From NCBI GenBank assembly GCA_016929135.1, contig JAFGJK010000065.1, forward strand, positions 71,970 through 135,969: 64,000 nucleotides of DNA. Direction: 5' to 3'. The stretch comes from Spirochaetota bacterium (lineage in GTDB: Bacteria; Spirochaetota; UBA4802; UBA5550). Position 1 is the stretch's first letter; every line of letters starts with the position of its first letter. Positions 46,814-55,507 of this stretch are shown piece by piece. The position numbers were made by a program, and so were the translations under genes. The notes beneath the pieces are model-generated. The model had not been told where the DNA came from. It saw only the letters and a list, made by a program, of their open reading frames with translations, and searched no databases.

Positions 46814-46883
46814 GGAGTTACATCTATCTGTTAGAGAGAGGGGATAGACATATTATCCTAACCCTGTATATTGGAGTTTTTTA

Positions 46884-48365
46884 ATGAGTGCGGAGAAATC
46901 CTCTATGATCACCACAATGGTCGAGCGTGGTGAACCGGTCAGTATCTCGTTCCATTATCCCTCCGGGACCACCTTAAAGTTCCTCAACTCTATCATCATA
47001 AAACTGCTTGAACGGGACAACAAGGTCTTCCTGCAGAACACTCTGATGACGGTGCTGCGCGAGATGATCGTGAACGCAGTGAAGGCGAATTCCAAGAGGG
47101 TGCTTTTCGAGAAGATGAAGCTCAACATCAACGATCGGAGGGACTACAATCGCGGCATGGAGGCGTTCAAGTCGTACATCGTCGAATGCGAGAACTCAGA
47201 GAAGGAGCTGAAGAACGCGAACCGGCGCGTGATCTTCGGCCTGAAGAAGATCGATCAGGGGATCAAGGTGATCATACAGAACACCTCCCGCATCCATCCC
47301 GAGGAGCTCGAGCGCATCAGGCAGAGGATTGAACGGGCCAAGAAGTACCAGGAATTCATGGAGATATACGAGGACATCAGCGACGACACCGAGGGGGAGG
47401 GGCTGGGGATTCTCCTGACCATGCTCTTCCTCAGGAACTCCGGTATCGGCGAGGAGTCCTTCCGGGTGGTATCGGACGGCGAACTCACCCAGTCTTCCTT
47501 CGTGATACCCCGCGTGCTGAAGCCTGTGGAGATCACGAACGAGATCAAGGATCGGATTCTGAGAGAGGTCGACGAACTCCCCACCTTCCCCGAGAACATA
47601 CATCTGCTCATGAATCTGTGCAAGGACCCCGACGCGTCGATCAAGGAGATAGCGGACAGAATCATCCTCGACCCGTCGCTGTCGGCGTCGGTGCTCCGTC
47701 TCTCCAATTCTGCGGGTTTCATAACCGGCAAGAGGATCGAGTTCATCGACGAGGCCATCATGGTGATCGGCCTGAAGAACCTCTACGGCCTGCTGATCGC
47801 ATCGAGCGCAAAGAAGATACTGGAGGAGCGCTATTCCTCGTTTAAATCGATATGGGATCACTGCAACAAGACCGCGGTGTACGCCAGGGTCATCGCCGCA
47901 CGGCTCGGTCGCCGCGAGACCATGGAGCAGTCGGCGATCGCCGGGCTCCTGCACGATCTCGGGAAGATCGTGCTCCTCTCTATCAATGCCTCGCTCTCCG
48001 AATGGATCGCTGAGATGACGATCAATCGGAAGATACGGACCTCCACGGTGCTGGAGGAGACCGCCATCGGCATGTGCCATTCCACCATCGGCGAGCTCAT
48101 CGCGAGGAAATGGAACCTGCCGGGGTATCTCGTCGACACCATACGATGGCATCACGCGCCACTCTCGGCAGGGGACGAATTCAAGGACATCGTCTTCTCC
48201 ATCTACCTGGCCAACAAGCTCTGCGGCATCGAGGACAAGCGGTACGATTTCTTCTCGATCGAGGACAGGGTGCTGGATCACTTCAAAATCGAGGGGGAGA
48301 TCGAATTCGCCAGGATTCACGACGAGTGCAAGGAGCGCTTCGCCATCACCTCTGCCGACTACTGA
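46884..48365 (+). CDS. HATPase-like domain + HDOD domain signalling protein
   Basis: N-terminal kinase/anti-sigma-like ATPase boxes (REMIVNAVKAN; DDTEGEGLGILLTMLFL). C-terminal HDOD (LPTFPENIHLLMNLCKDPDASIKEIADRIILDPSLSASVLRLSNSAGF; GLLHDLGKIVL). Confidence 0.85.
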   Translation: MSAEKSSMITTMVERGEPVSISFHYPSGTTLKFLNSIIIKLLERDNKVFLQNTLMTVLREMIVNAVKANSKRVLFEKMKLNINDRRDYNRGMEAFKSYIVECENSEKELKNANRRVIFGLKKIDQGIKVIIQNTSRIHPEELERIRQRIERAKKYQEFMEIYEDISDDTEGEGLGILLTMLFLRNSGIGEESFRVVSDGELTQSSFVIPRVLKPVEITNEIKDRILREVDELPTFPENIHLLMNLCKDPDASIKEIADRIILDPSLSASVLRLSNSAGFITGKRIEFIDEAIMVIGLKNLYGLLIASSAKKILEERYSSFKSIWDHCNKTAVYARVIAARLGRRETMEQSAIAGLLHDLGKIVLLSINASLSEWIAEMTINRKIRTSTVLEETAIGMCHSTIGELIARKWNLPGYLVDTIRWHHAPLSAGDEFKDIVFSIYLANKLCGIEDKRYDFFSIEDRVLDHFKIEGEIEFARIHDECKERFAITSADY

Positions 48366-48410
48366 CACCGCCGTCCCTCGGAGCGACACCGGCGTTACCG
48401 GGGCGGATCC

Positions 48411-49649
48411 CTATATATTCATGGGCAGATTCACCGAGACGCTGACTCTTGTCTCCGAACCCTCCGAGAGCGTTGAATAATCCCGTATGTTTCCGATCTT
48501 GACCGAGCCGTTGTGTTTTTTCACGATGGTCTCCACCAGGGTGAGACCGAGGCCGAAGTCCAGGGTCTGGTATTTGTCCTGGCTTGTCTTCGTGAGGCGG
48601 TAGAAGGGCTCGAAGACGATATTCTCGTATTCCATCGGTATTCCCGTTCTCCCCTCCTGGTCCTTGGCGGGGGTGTTGATGATGGTAAGATTCAGCAGGT
48701 CGTCTTCGATCCCGGTCATCACCACGATCCCGGTCTTCGGCTGGGAAAACTTGAAGGCGTTGAGGAACAGCTCCTGGAGCACCTTTTTAAAGTATACGGC
48801 GTTTATGCTGAAGGCCTTTTTATCGTGCCCCTGCTTCATGTCGCTGAGCATCATGTGATGCTCCTTTATCGTTGCCATCGCCTCCATCTCATGCACCGTT
48901 TCCAGAACCATGGCGTGGAATTGGGGATATGAGATTTCATTGAAATCGATCGCGTTTGAGTTGAGGATGTCGATTTCCTTGAAGGTGTCTATGGTCTTCT
49001 CGATCATCCGAAGATTGTCCTGGAAGTAATCGAAGATCTGGCCGTCCACGATATAGTTCTGACCCTCCTTCTTCGCACCGGAGGCCATGATCATGCCGAT
49101 TGAGAGTACCGTTCCGAAGCCGATCCCCTGGCTGAAGCTTGTATGCATGCTGTGGAAAAGGGCCTGCCCGGTCTGTGATTTGATCTCCTTGCTGGTCAGC
49201 CTGCTTTCAAATCGGTACCATTCCAGCTGCTGTTCCAGCCTGAGAACCTTTTCCCGTTCCATGATCGCCTTCATTCTCTGGAGCTCGGCGATCTCGAAGG
49301 ATCGATGTACCTTGATTACCAGGTCCACCAGGTCAAGGGGCTTGATGAGATAGTCGTGTACACCGATCTTCATGAGATTGATGATGACGTCCGGCTCTGC
49401 ATGCACCGTTTCAACGAAAATCACCGGGTGCACGGTCGATTCGTTGAGGTGCTCGATGAGCTCCCTGCCGTCCATGACCGGCATCTCCAGGTCGGTGATG
49501 ACCACCGGGTATGGATTCTTCCTGAACAGCTCAAGGGCCTCCTTGCCGTTGACCGCAAGGGTCACCGAGTAGCCTTCACCCACAAGAAGCTCCTTCAGCA
49601 TCTTGCCGGAATTCGGATCATCTTCAGCTACTAGAATTCGTTTTTCCAA
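48411..49649 (-). CDS. response-regulator receiver + histidine-kinase-like ATPase protein, no obvious H-box
   Basis: REC domain (ILVAEDD...VVITDLEMPVMDG...IKP). C-terminal N-box ELFLNAFKFS, FEPFYR, GLGLTLVETIVKKHNGSV. Confidence 0.85.
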   Translation of the reverse strand: MEKRILVAEDDPNSGKMLKELLVGEGYSVTLAVNGKEALELFRKNPYPVVITDLEMPVMDGRELIEHLNESTVHPVIFVETVHAEPDVIINLMKIGVHDYLIKPLDLVDLVIKVHRSFEIAELQRMKAIMEREKVLRLEQQLEWYRFESRLTSKEIKSQTGQALFHSMHTSFSQGIGFGTVLSIGMIMASGAKKEGQNYIVDGQIFDYFQDNLRMIEKTIDTFKEIDILNSNAIDFNEISYPQFHAMVLETVHEMEAMATIKEHHMMLSDMKQGHDKKAFSINAVYFKKVLQELFLNAFKFSQPKTGIVVMTGIEDDLLNLTIINTPAKDQEGRTGIPMEYENIVFEPFYRLTKTSQDKYQTLDFGLGLTLVETIVKKHNGSVKIGNIRDYSTLSEGSETRVSVSVNLPMNI

Positions 49650-49676
49650 TGCATCCTCCCCATCGCTCGGATTGTG

Positions 49677-52600
49677 TTACTCGATTATCGGCAGTGTTAC
49701 CGTGAACTCGCTTCCGCTCCCCTCGATACTGTGCACTATAATCGAACCCCCGTGAAAATCAATGATCTTTTTTGTTATTGCGAGCCCCAGCCCGGCCCCT
49801 TGGTTCTTCACCGCCTCGTCGACGGAGACCTGCTCGAAGGGCTCGAATATCCGATCCCAGTGCTCCCGGGGGATTCCCGGCCCCTGGTCCCATACGGTAA
49901 TCTCGGCGGACTTCTCCTTTTTCGACGCGATGATGCCGATCGACGTACCCTCGCCGGTGAATTTGATCGCGTTGGAAAAGAGGTTCGAGACCACCTGCCT
50001 GAGGCGGGTGGCATCGCCTCTGACCAAGCCGAGGTTCCGGTCGATGGAGGACTCCACCACCAGCCGTTTCTCCACCGCCAGCGGCATTATCGCGGCGACG
50101 GACCTGGTGAGCAGCTTGCTCAGGTCGATGCTTGCGCGCTCCATCTTCATGGTGCCTGCATGGATCTTTGATATGTCCAGCAGCTCCTGTATGATGTCCA
50201 GCAGGTGATGGCCGCTCTCGTCGATGCTCCTGATGTATTCCATCTGCTTGCTGTTGATCGCCCCGATCCGCTGCATCTCCAGCAGCCTGCAGTATCCCAG
50301 TATGCTGTTAAGCGGGGTCTTCAACTCGTGGCTTATATTGGCTATGAAGGCGCTCTTCGCGTGATTTGCGGCCTTCGCGGCGTTCATCGCCTCGATGATC
50401 TGGCGCTGTATCTCCTTGATCTCAGTCACATCCGTTACCACCCCCCTGAAACCGGAGGGTATTCCCGATTCGTAGATGATAGAGTTGCTTATGAGCACGT
50501 GAACCATGGACCCGTCGCTGCGGATCAGCTCGTACTCCACCGGATTGATCCTTCCCATGGTGAGAAGATCCTGGGTGTCCAGGGTCAGACGCCGGTAGTC
50601 GTCCGTCGAGAAGAAGGCCGAGATGTGAATGCCCCGGTCGAATTCCTCCCGGGAGTATCCGGTCAATTCGATCGCATGGTCGTTCACATACAGTATGTTC
50701 CCCTTCCTGTCCGTCTCGTAGATGATCGCCGGCAGGAGGTCCGCCAGGTCCCGGAACCGTTTTTCGCTCGCCCTGAGCAGTTCCTCAGCGTTCTTTTCCA
50801 TTGTGATATCGATGATTACGCCCCTGATGCCGGTGACGGCGCCGGTCTCGTCGAGGATGGGAGACGAATGGGCGACGATGGGAAAGCGGGCTCCGTCCTT
50901 TTTGATGGCGGTGTACTCCGAGGTTATGAACCGTTCGCCAGCCATGGCCCTCTTGAAATTGTCCCACAGCCGTTCGTGTTCTTCCGGGGCGATTATCCTG
51001 TCGATCCTCAGCCCCGCATCGATGTCCTGCAGGGAGTAGCCGGTTAACTCGCTGCCGATGCGGTTGGTGTATCTGATGATCCCCTCGGTGTCCGTTTCGT
51101 AGACGATGTCCGGGAGCTGGTTCACCAGGTCCCGGAACCGCTTCTCGCTTTTCTGCCGCATCCGCTCCGCGCGCCTGATCTCGGTCAGGTCGACCACCAC
51201 GCCCCGCATCCCCCGGTTCCTGCCGTCGAGATAAAAAATGGAAACCTGGACGAGCACGGGATACCGCGTGCCGTCCTTCTTGATCGCGATGTATTCCCGC
51301 CAGGTCACCGTCCCCTTGGTGATCAAAGAGCCGATATTCATGAACAGCTTTTCGTGGTCCTCCGGCGCGACAAAGTCCTGCGGATGGAGCCCCGAGTAGA
51401 TGTCCTCCCTCGTAAAGCCGGTGATCTCGAGCCCGGCCCTGTTTATGTAGTTGATTCTTCCCCCGGCGTTCCCCTCGAAGACGATTACCGGCAGCATGTC
51501 GGTCATCTCGCGGAATCTGGACTCGCTCTCCTTGAGCAGCTCCTCGGTTTTTTTCCTGAACTGGATCTCGTATTCAAGCTTTCCTATCGTTTCGGTGAGG
51601 CGCGCGGTGCGGTCCTTGACCTGTGCCTCCAGGTTCTCGTGGTATTCCTCCAGCACCTCAATCATCCGCTTGTCTTCGTCGATGTCGCGGATAATCGCCA
51701 GGACGCTCTCTTTCGACTGTCCCTCGATCGTGCTCAGCTTGATTTCGGTATAGAACCTGCCGCGGGCCGGGGTCGACATGACCAGCTCGAATGACTGGGG
51801 GCGGCCGCGCAGCGTTTCGGCGATACAGGCCCCTATAAGGTCCTTGGCGAGCACCCCACCCGGCTGTGCCGCCGAGGAGAAGGAATCCAGCGTGGTGCCG
51901 ATAACCTCCTTCCGCGAGAGCCCCAGCGTCGTATAGGTCATCTCGTTGCAGGTTCTGATCTTGCCGTCTTGAAGGATCAGCATTGCGTCGTTGGCCGACT
52001 GAAACACCGAGAGGAAAGAGCTGGTGATGTCGGAAAGGGCCTTGTGCATGACCGATATCTGCATCATTTCATCGGCGTAGGACATTGCCATGATGGAGAC
52101 GATTCCCAGATAGGCGTATTCCGTGAGATACACGAAGTGGTACAGGTCTATGCCCACCATGAAGTCATTGAGCATCATGAGAAACCCGATACCCAGGGCG
52201 ATCAGCAGAGGTCCCGCCTTTCGCCGGTCACCGGTTTTATACATGAGGAAGGAGCGGTAGATAAGGTAGATGTATGTGGCAAAGGAAAACAGGAGCTGCA
52301 GGACGCCCAACGACCCGTATGCCGATTTTACTATCCGGAATCGGATCCCCCCGGGAAGATCGACGGTTTTTATCACCTCCTCGCCGGTCAGCCATTGCAG
52401 CCCGTTGATGTCGAGTATGCCGAGCACTATACAAATCCCGAAGAGAAACGAGAGGGCGTAGAATGTTTTCAGCCGGATAAGGACTGAGTGCTCGCGCAGG
52501 AACCACAGGAATGTCGGCATGATGACGGCGATGCAGATGAATTTCATTCGTTGTATCAGGATGGCCGCGTCGATAGCATCGGTATTGTACGATAGGCCCG

Positions 52601-52766
52601 ACAGAATGCCGTAGGCACCCATTATCAGACAGGTTATTGAGAAGAAGATGAAATCCCTGCGGTCCCGTCTTCGTATGTATATGATGAAATAGAATATTCC
52701 GGTGGCAATGGTTACGCCGGCCAGGAGTATCGGGGGTAGGGCCTGTAGCTTCATAGATGAATACAC
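49677..52766 (-). CDS. 7TMR-DISM multi-PAS sensor histidine kinase
   Basis: 1029 aa. About 7 N-terminal TM helices, four or five PAS/PAC repeats, H-box ISHELKTPLNSILGY, and N/G boxes (NLFSNAIKFT, GAGLGLAITKKIIDFHGG). Confidence 0.9.
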   Translation of the reverse strand: MYSSMKLQALPPILLAGVTIATGIFYFIIYIRRRDRRDFIFFSITCLIMGAYGILSGLSYNTDAIDAAILIQRMKFICIAVIMPTFLWFLREHSVLIRLKTFYALSFLFGICIVLGILDINGLQWLTGEEVIKTVDLPGGIRFRIVKSAYGSLGVLQLLFSFATYIYLIYRSFLMYKTGDRRKAGPLLIALGIGFLMMLNDFMVGIDLYHFVYLTEYAYLGIVSIMAMSYADEMMQISVMHKALSDITSSFLSVFQSANDAMLILQDGKIRTCNEMTYTTLGLSRKEVIGTTLDSFSSAAQPGGVLAKDLIGACIAETLRGRPQSFELVMSTPARGRFYTEIKLSTIEGQSKESVLAIIRDIDEDKRMIEVLEEYHENLEAQVKDRTARLTETIGKLEYEIQFRKKTEELLKESESRFREMTDMLPVIVFEGNAGGRINYINRAGLEITGFTREDIYSGLHPQDFVAPEDHEKLFMNIGSLITKGTVTWREYIAIKKDGTRYPVLVQVSIFYLDGRNRGMRGVVVDLTEIRRAERMRQKSEKRFRDLVNQLPDIVYETDTEGIIRYTNRIGSELTGYSLQDIDAGLRIDRIIAPEEHERLWDNFKRAMAGERFITSEYTAIKKDGARFPIVAHSSPILDETGAVTGIRGVIIDITMEKNAEELLRASEKRFRDLADLLPAIIYETDRKGNILYVNDHAIELTGYSREEFDRGIHISAFFSTDDYRRLTLDTQDLLTMGRINPVEYELIRSDGSMVHVLISNSIIYESGIPSGFRGVVTDVTEIKEIQRQIIEAMNAAKAANHAKSAFIANISHELKTPLNSILGYCRLLEMQRIGAINSKQMEYIRSIDESGHHLLDIIQELLDISKIHAGTMKMERASIDLSKLLTRSVAAIMPLAVEKRLVVESSIDRNLGLVRGDATRLRQVVSNLFSNAIKFTGEGTSIGIIASKKEKSAEITVWDQGPGIPREHWDRIFEPFEQVSVDEAVKNQGAGLGLAITKKIIDFHGGSIIVHSIEGSGSEFTVTLPIIE

Positions 52767-52873
52767 CGAACTCTCCCGGGGAGTCTACCATCCTTGATAA
52801 ATAATTCAACAATAATATACAGAAATTGATGAACATTTCCTGTCCGCATTCCCGTAGAAAATTGAGCGCGGTG

Positions 52874-52902
52874 TTGCTGGTACATTGTAATTTTTGTATA
52901 TT
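52874..52902 (+). promoter_or_regulatory. candidate promoter of the J-domain gene
   Basis: TTGCTG (52874-52879), 17-nt spacer, TATATT (52897-52902). Confidence 0.45.
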
Positions 52903-52929
52903 AATATTTAATGAATTTATAGAATATTG

Positions 52930-53562
52930 ATGGCCAGGGATCATTACAAAACACTGGGTGTTTCGCGAGATGCCACTGATGCTGCCATAAAGGAAGCCTA
53001 CCGGAGGTGTGTTAAGAGGCATCATCCCGACCTGCACTGCGATCATGCCTGTCAGGAGCGGATACGGGAGATCAACGAGGCCTATGAGGTGCTGGGCAAC
53101 AGCGAGCGGCGGGACCAATATGACATATATTTAAGCGCCCATGAGCGGCGTGCCGCCTCCTCCCGGGATTTCGGGAAATCGGAGCGATATCGAGCTTATT
53201 CCGGGTGGGGGGGCGATGTCGGGGGGTGGAGCCGTGACGGTGCCGCCCGGGGCATCACTGATCCGTGGGATTGCTTCGAGATGCCCTATGAGCTGTTGGT
53301 CTATCTTTCACGCCGGGAGGCTGGAGAGGGTGTCCGCGCCACCATCGCAGTGACATATCCCCTGCGATGCACCCAGTGTGGCGGTACCGGGACCTGGTAC
53401 GGCATCATACCCTGCTCATCCTGTCTGGGGCAGGGTTTTAGTGAGAATACTGTCCCGGTCCGTGTGGAAGTCCCTCCCGGTACGGAGCATGGCGATATCA
53501 TTAGGGCCAGGGGTGGTTTCTACGGGGATATGATGTTTCACTGCAGGATTATCATCGAATAG
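52930..53562 (+). CDS. J-domain protein with a single CxxCxGxG zinc-finger unit (truncated DnaJ-like)
   Basis: DHYKTLGVSRDATDAAIKEAYRRCVKRHHPD (HPD motif). CTQCGGTG...CSSCLGQG. Confidence 0.8.
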   Translation: MARDHYKTLGVSRDATDAAIKEAYRRCVKRHHPDLHCDHACQERIREINEAYEVLGNSERRDQYDIYLSAHERRAASSRDFGKSERYRAYSGWGGDVGGWSRDGAARGITDPWDCFEMPYELLVYLSRREAGEGVRATIAVTYPLRCTQCGGTGTWYGIIPCSSCLGQGFSENTVPVRVEVPPGTEHGDIIRARGGFYGDMMFHCRIIIE

Positions 53563-53613
53563 ATTCGCCTTTCCGAAAAAAAGCACAATAACAGAAAAAA
53601 ACTAGCACAGAAC

Positions 53614-53642
53614 TTGACGTTCCAATGGAGAAGCAGTATATT
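53614..53642 (+). promoter_or_regulatory. near-consensus sigma70-type promoter of hsp20
   Basis: TTGACG (53614-53619), 17-nt spacer, TATATT (53637-53642). Confidence 0.65.
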
Positions 53643-53656
53643 GTTATTACAAGTTG

Positions 53657-53683
53657 TTAGCACTCATTAAAGATGAGTGCTAA
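53657..53683. promoter_or_regulatory. CIRCE operator (HrcA binding site)
   Basis: TTAGCACTC-ATTAAAGAT-GAGTGCTAA is a perfect match to the consensus TTAGCACTC-N9-GAGTGCTAA. The palindrome extends to GTTGTTAGCACTC...GAGTGCTAACAAC (53653-53687), 14 nt after the -10 element. Confidence 0.88.
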
Positions 53684-53711
53684 CAACTGGCTTGATTAAA
53701 GGAGGTTTGTC

Positions 53712-54164
53712 ATGAAATGGGGTTTAGTCAGGAGAGCTGATGATTACAACAGGGTAGTTGATCCTTTCCGCTGGGATATCGACAGGTTCTTTGATGACTT
53801 CTTCTCCTCAAAACCTTTGAGCACCGGGGAATGGAATCCCAGGGTTGATGTAGCTGAAGACGAAAAATCGATTCAAGTTACCGCCGAGATTCCGGGATTG
53901 ACCGAGAACGATATCAAGGTGACCATAGAGAAGAATGTCCTTACGATATCCGGTGAAAAAAAGGAAGAGAAAGAAGAGAAGGACGAAAAGAAGAACACCG
54001 TCTTATCCGAGCGGCGGTACGGGTCCTTTTGCAGGTCCATGGCCCTGCCAGAGGGGATTAAGGCGGATGCGGTCAGCGCCGAGTTTAAGAACGGCGTGCT
54101 TAAGATAGCGTTGCCCAAGGAAGAGGCCGCACAGCCGAAGAGAATCGAGGTGAAGGTTCACTGA
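53712..54164 (+). CDS. Hsp20/alpha-crystallin small heat-shock protein
   Basis: WNPRVDVAEDEKSIQVTAEIPGL...VTIEKNVLTISGEKK...RSMALPEGI...EFKNGVLKIALPK is a canonical ACD. GGAGG RBS. Confidence 0.92.
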   Translation: MKWGLVRRADDYNRVVDPFRWDIDRFFDDFFSSKPLSTGEWNPRVDVAEDEKSIQVTAEIPGLTENDIKVTIEKNVLTISGEKKEEKEEKDEKKNTVLSERRYGSFCRSMALPEGIKADAVSAEFKNGVLKIALPKEEAAQPKRIEVKVH

Positions 54165-54192
54165 GTCCACGAATACCCGGTTTTCATTTGCA

Positions 54193-54226
54193 CGGGGAAG
54201 GTCGCTTCGGCGGCCTTTCCCGTTTT
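54193..54226 (+). terminator. probable Rho-independent terminator after hsp20
   Basis: Stem CGGGGAAGGTCGC-ttcg-GCGGCCTTTCCCG (imperfect) followed by TTTT. Confidence 0.55.
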
Positions 54227-54436
54227 ACATATATGGCCTTATTAATCCTGAATATCTGAGCGGTATTGCCAGGGACATTTCCCACCGGCCCGCACACCGA
54301 TGCCGGATCGTTAAGGCTTATACTCCGTCACGGGCAGTCGCAATGCACCCCGCTGCCGGTACCGGGGAGTGCCGATATTTCTGATTGACATAATGATTCG
54401 TTTAAATGTTTAATGATATGATACGGCGGGCATGGT

Positions 54437-55507
54437 GTGATTGCCATTGACCGACCGCACAAATATACATACAGAGTGAGTCTTGAGATGATGAATACCA
54501 TCTACCGCCTGAAAAGGCGAGCGGCAGAATTCCTCATTGCGCTGGGGAACCGTCGGCATCCCTTTCACCTGTCCGAGGCGGAAAACCACCGCCTCCCCCA
54601 GGGAGCACCGGACCACTACAACGACAGCTATTATTTTACCGGCCACAATGAGCGGGGGAACTCCATCATCCTTCGCCTCGGCTTCCGTGGTGACGGAGAG
54701 AGCGAGGCCTGGTGCGCACTCCATTTCGAGGGTAAAAAGTACAACCTTGAGGGGGAAGGATGCAGGATGCCGGGGGATCGAAGCATTGGTGAACTGGCGG
54801 TGAAATGCCGTGAACCCGGCTCGAGATGGTCGCTCTCCTTTGAAGGTGGCCTCAGGTCAGACGGATCCAGGGTGGTGGTATCCCTCGACGCAGAATTCTC
54901 TTCACCGTTCCCGGTGTTCCACTTCAACACGGATATGCCCCCGAGCACCATGGCCTCCGCCATGGCGGCGGAGCGCTGGACCGGCCGGTGGTTCAGGCAG
55001 CTTTCCGGCTGGCACCAGACACATTATGAACAGTGCGGTGAAATACGGGGGCGCCTCCTCATCGGCAAGAAAACTCATACCCTGGCGATGCGTGCCATAC
55101 GGGACCACTCCTACGGGCCCAGAAGATGGAGCGACATGAACAGACACGTGTGGCTCGCCATAACCCTGGATGACGGCAGGTTCGTCAACTACAGCCTGGT
55201 CTCCTATCCGATATTGAGGCACATCAGGGCCGGTTTCCTGCAGGATGGGAACCGTTTTGTTCCCGTTACGGGTGGCTCTTCCCTGGATGACCTGAACCGG
55301 GGCGGGGAGCCGCCGGCGGAATTCGGTTTCCAGATCCAACTGGCGGACGGCTCCTTCGCCGAGGCGACGTGTCGCAACAGGGCGGCGTTCAGCTGGCTCA
55401 TGGGGGGGAGTTACCGGGTTACCGAGGCGATAGCACACTTTTCCCTCGCCGGGGTGCCCGGTTGCGGAATCTGCGAGTTCGGGTACCGCATCGGGGAGGG
55501 GATATGA
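54437..55507 (+). CDS. hypothetical protein coupled to the PEP-utilising enzyme
   Basis: 356 aa. Beta-rich, with motifs HYNDSYYFTGH and IRDHSYGPRRW. The stop overlaps the next start (ATGA). No family recognised with certainty. The start could be the ATG at 54488. Confidence 0.65.
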   Translation: MIAIDRPHKYTYRVSLEMMNTIYRLKRRAAEFLIALGNRRHPFHLSEAENHRLPQGAPDHYNDSYYFTGHNERGNSIILRLGFRGDGESEAWCALHFEGKKYNLEGEGCRMPGDRSIGELAVKCREPGSRWSLSFEGGLRSDGSRVVVSLDAEFSSPFPVFHFNTDMPPSTMASAMAAERWTGRWFRQLSGWHQTHYEQCGEIRGRLLIGKKTHTLAMRAIRDHSYGPRRWSDMNRHVWLAITLDDGRFVNYSLVSYPILRHIRAGFLQDGNRFVPVTGGSSLDDLNRGGEPPAEFGFQIQLADGSFAEATCRNRAAFSWLMGGSYRVTEAIAHFSLAGVPGCGICEFGYRIGEGI

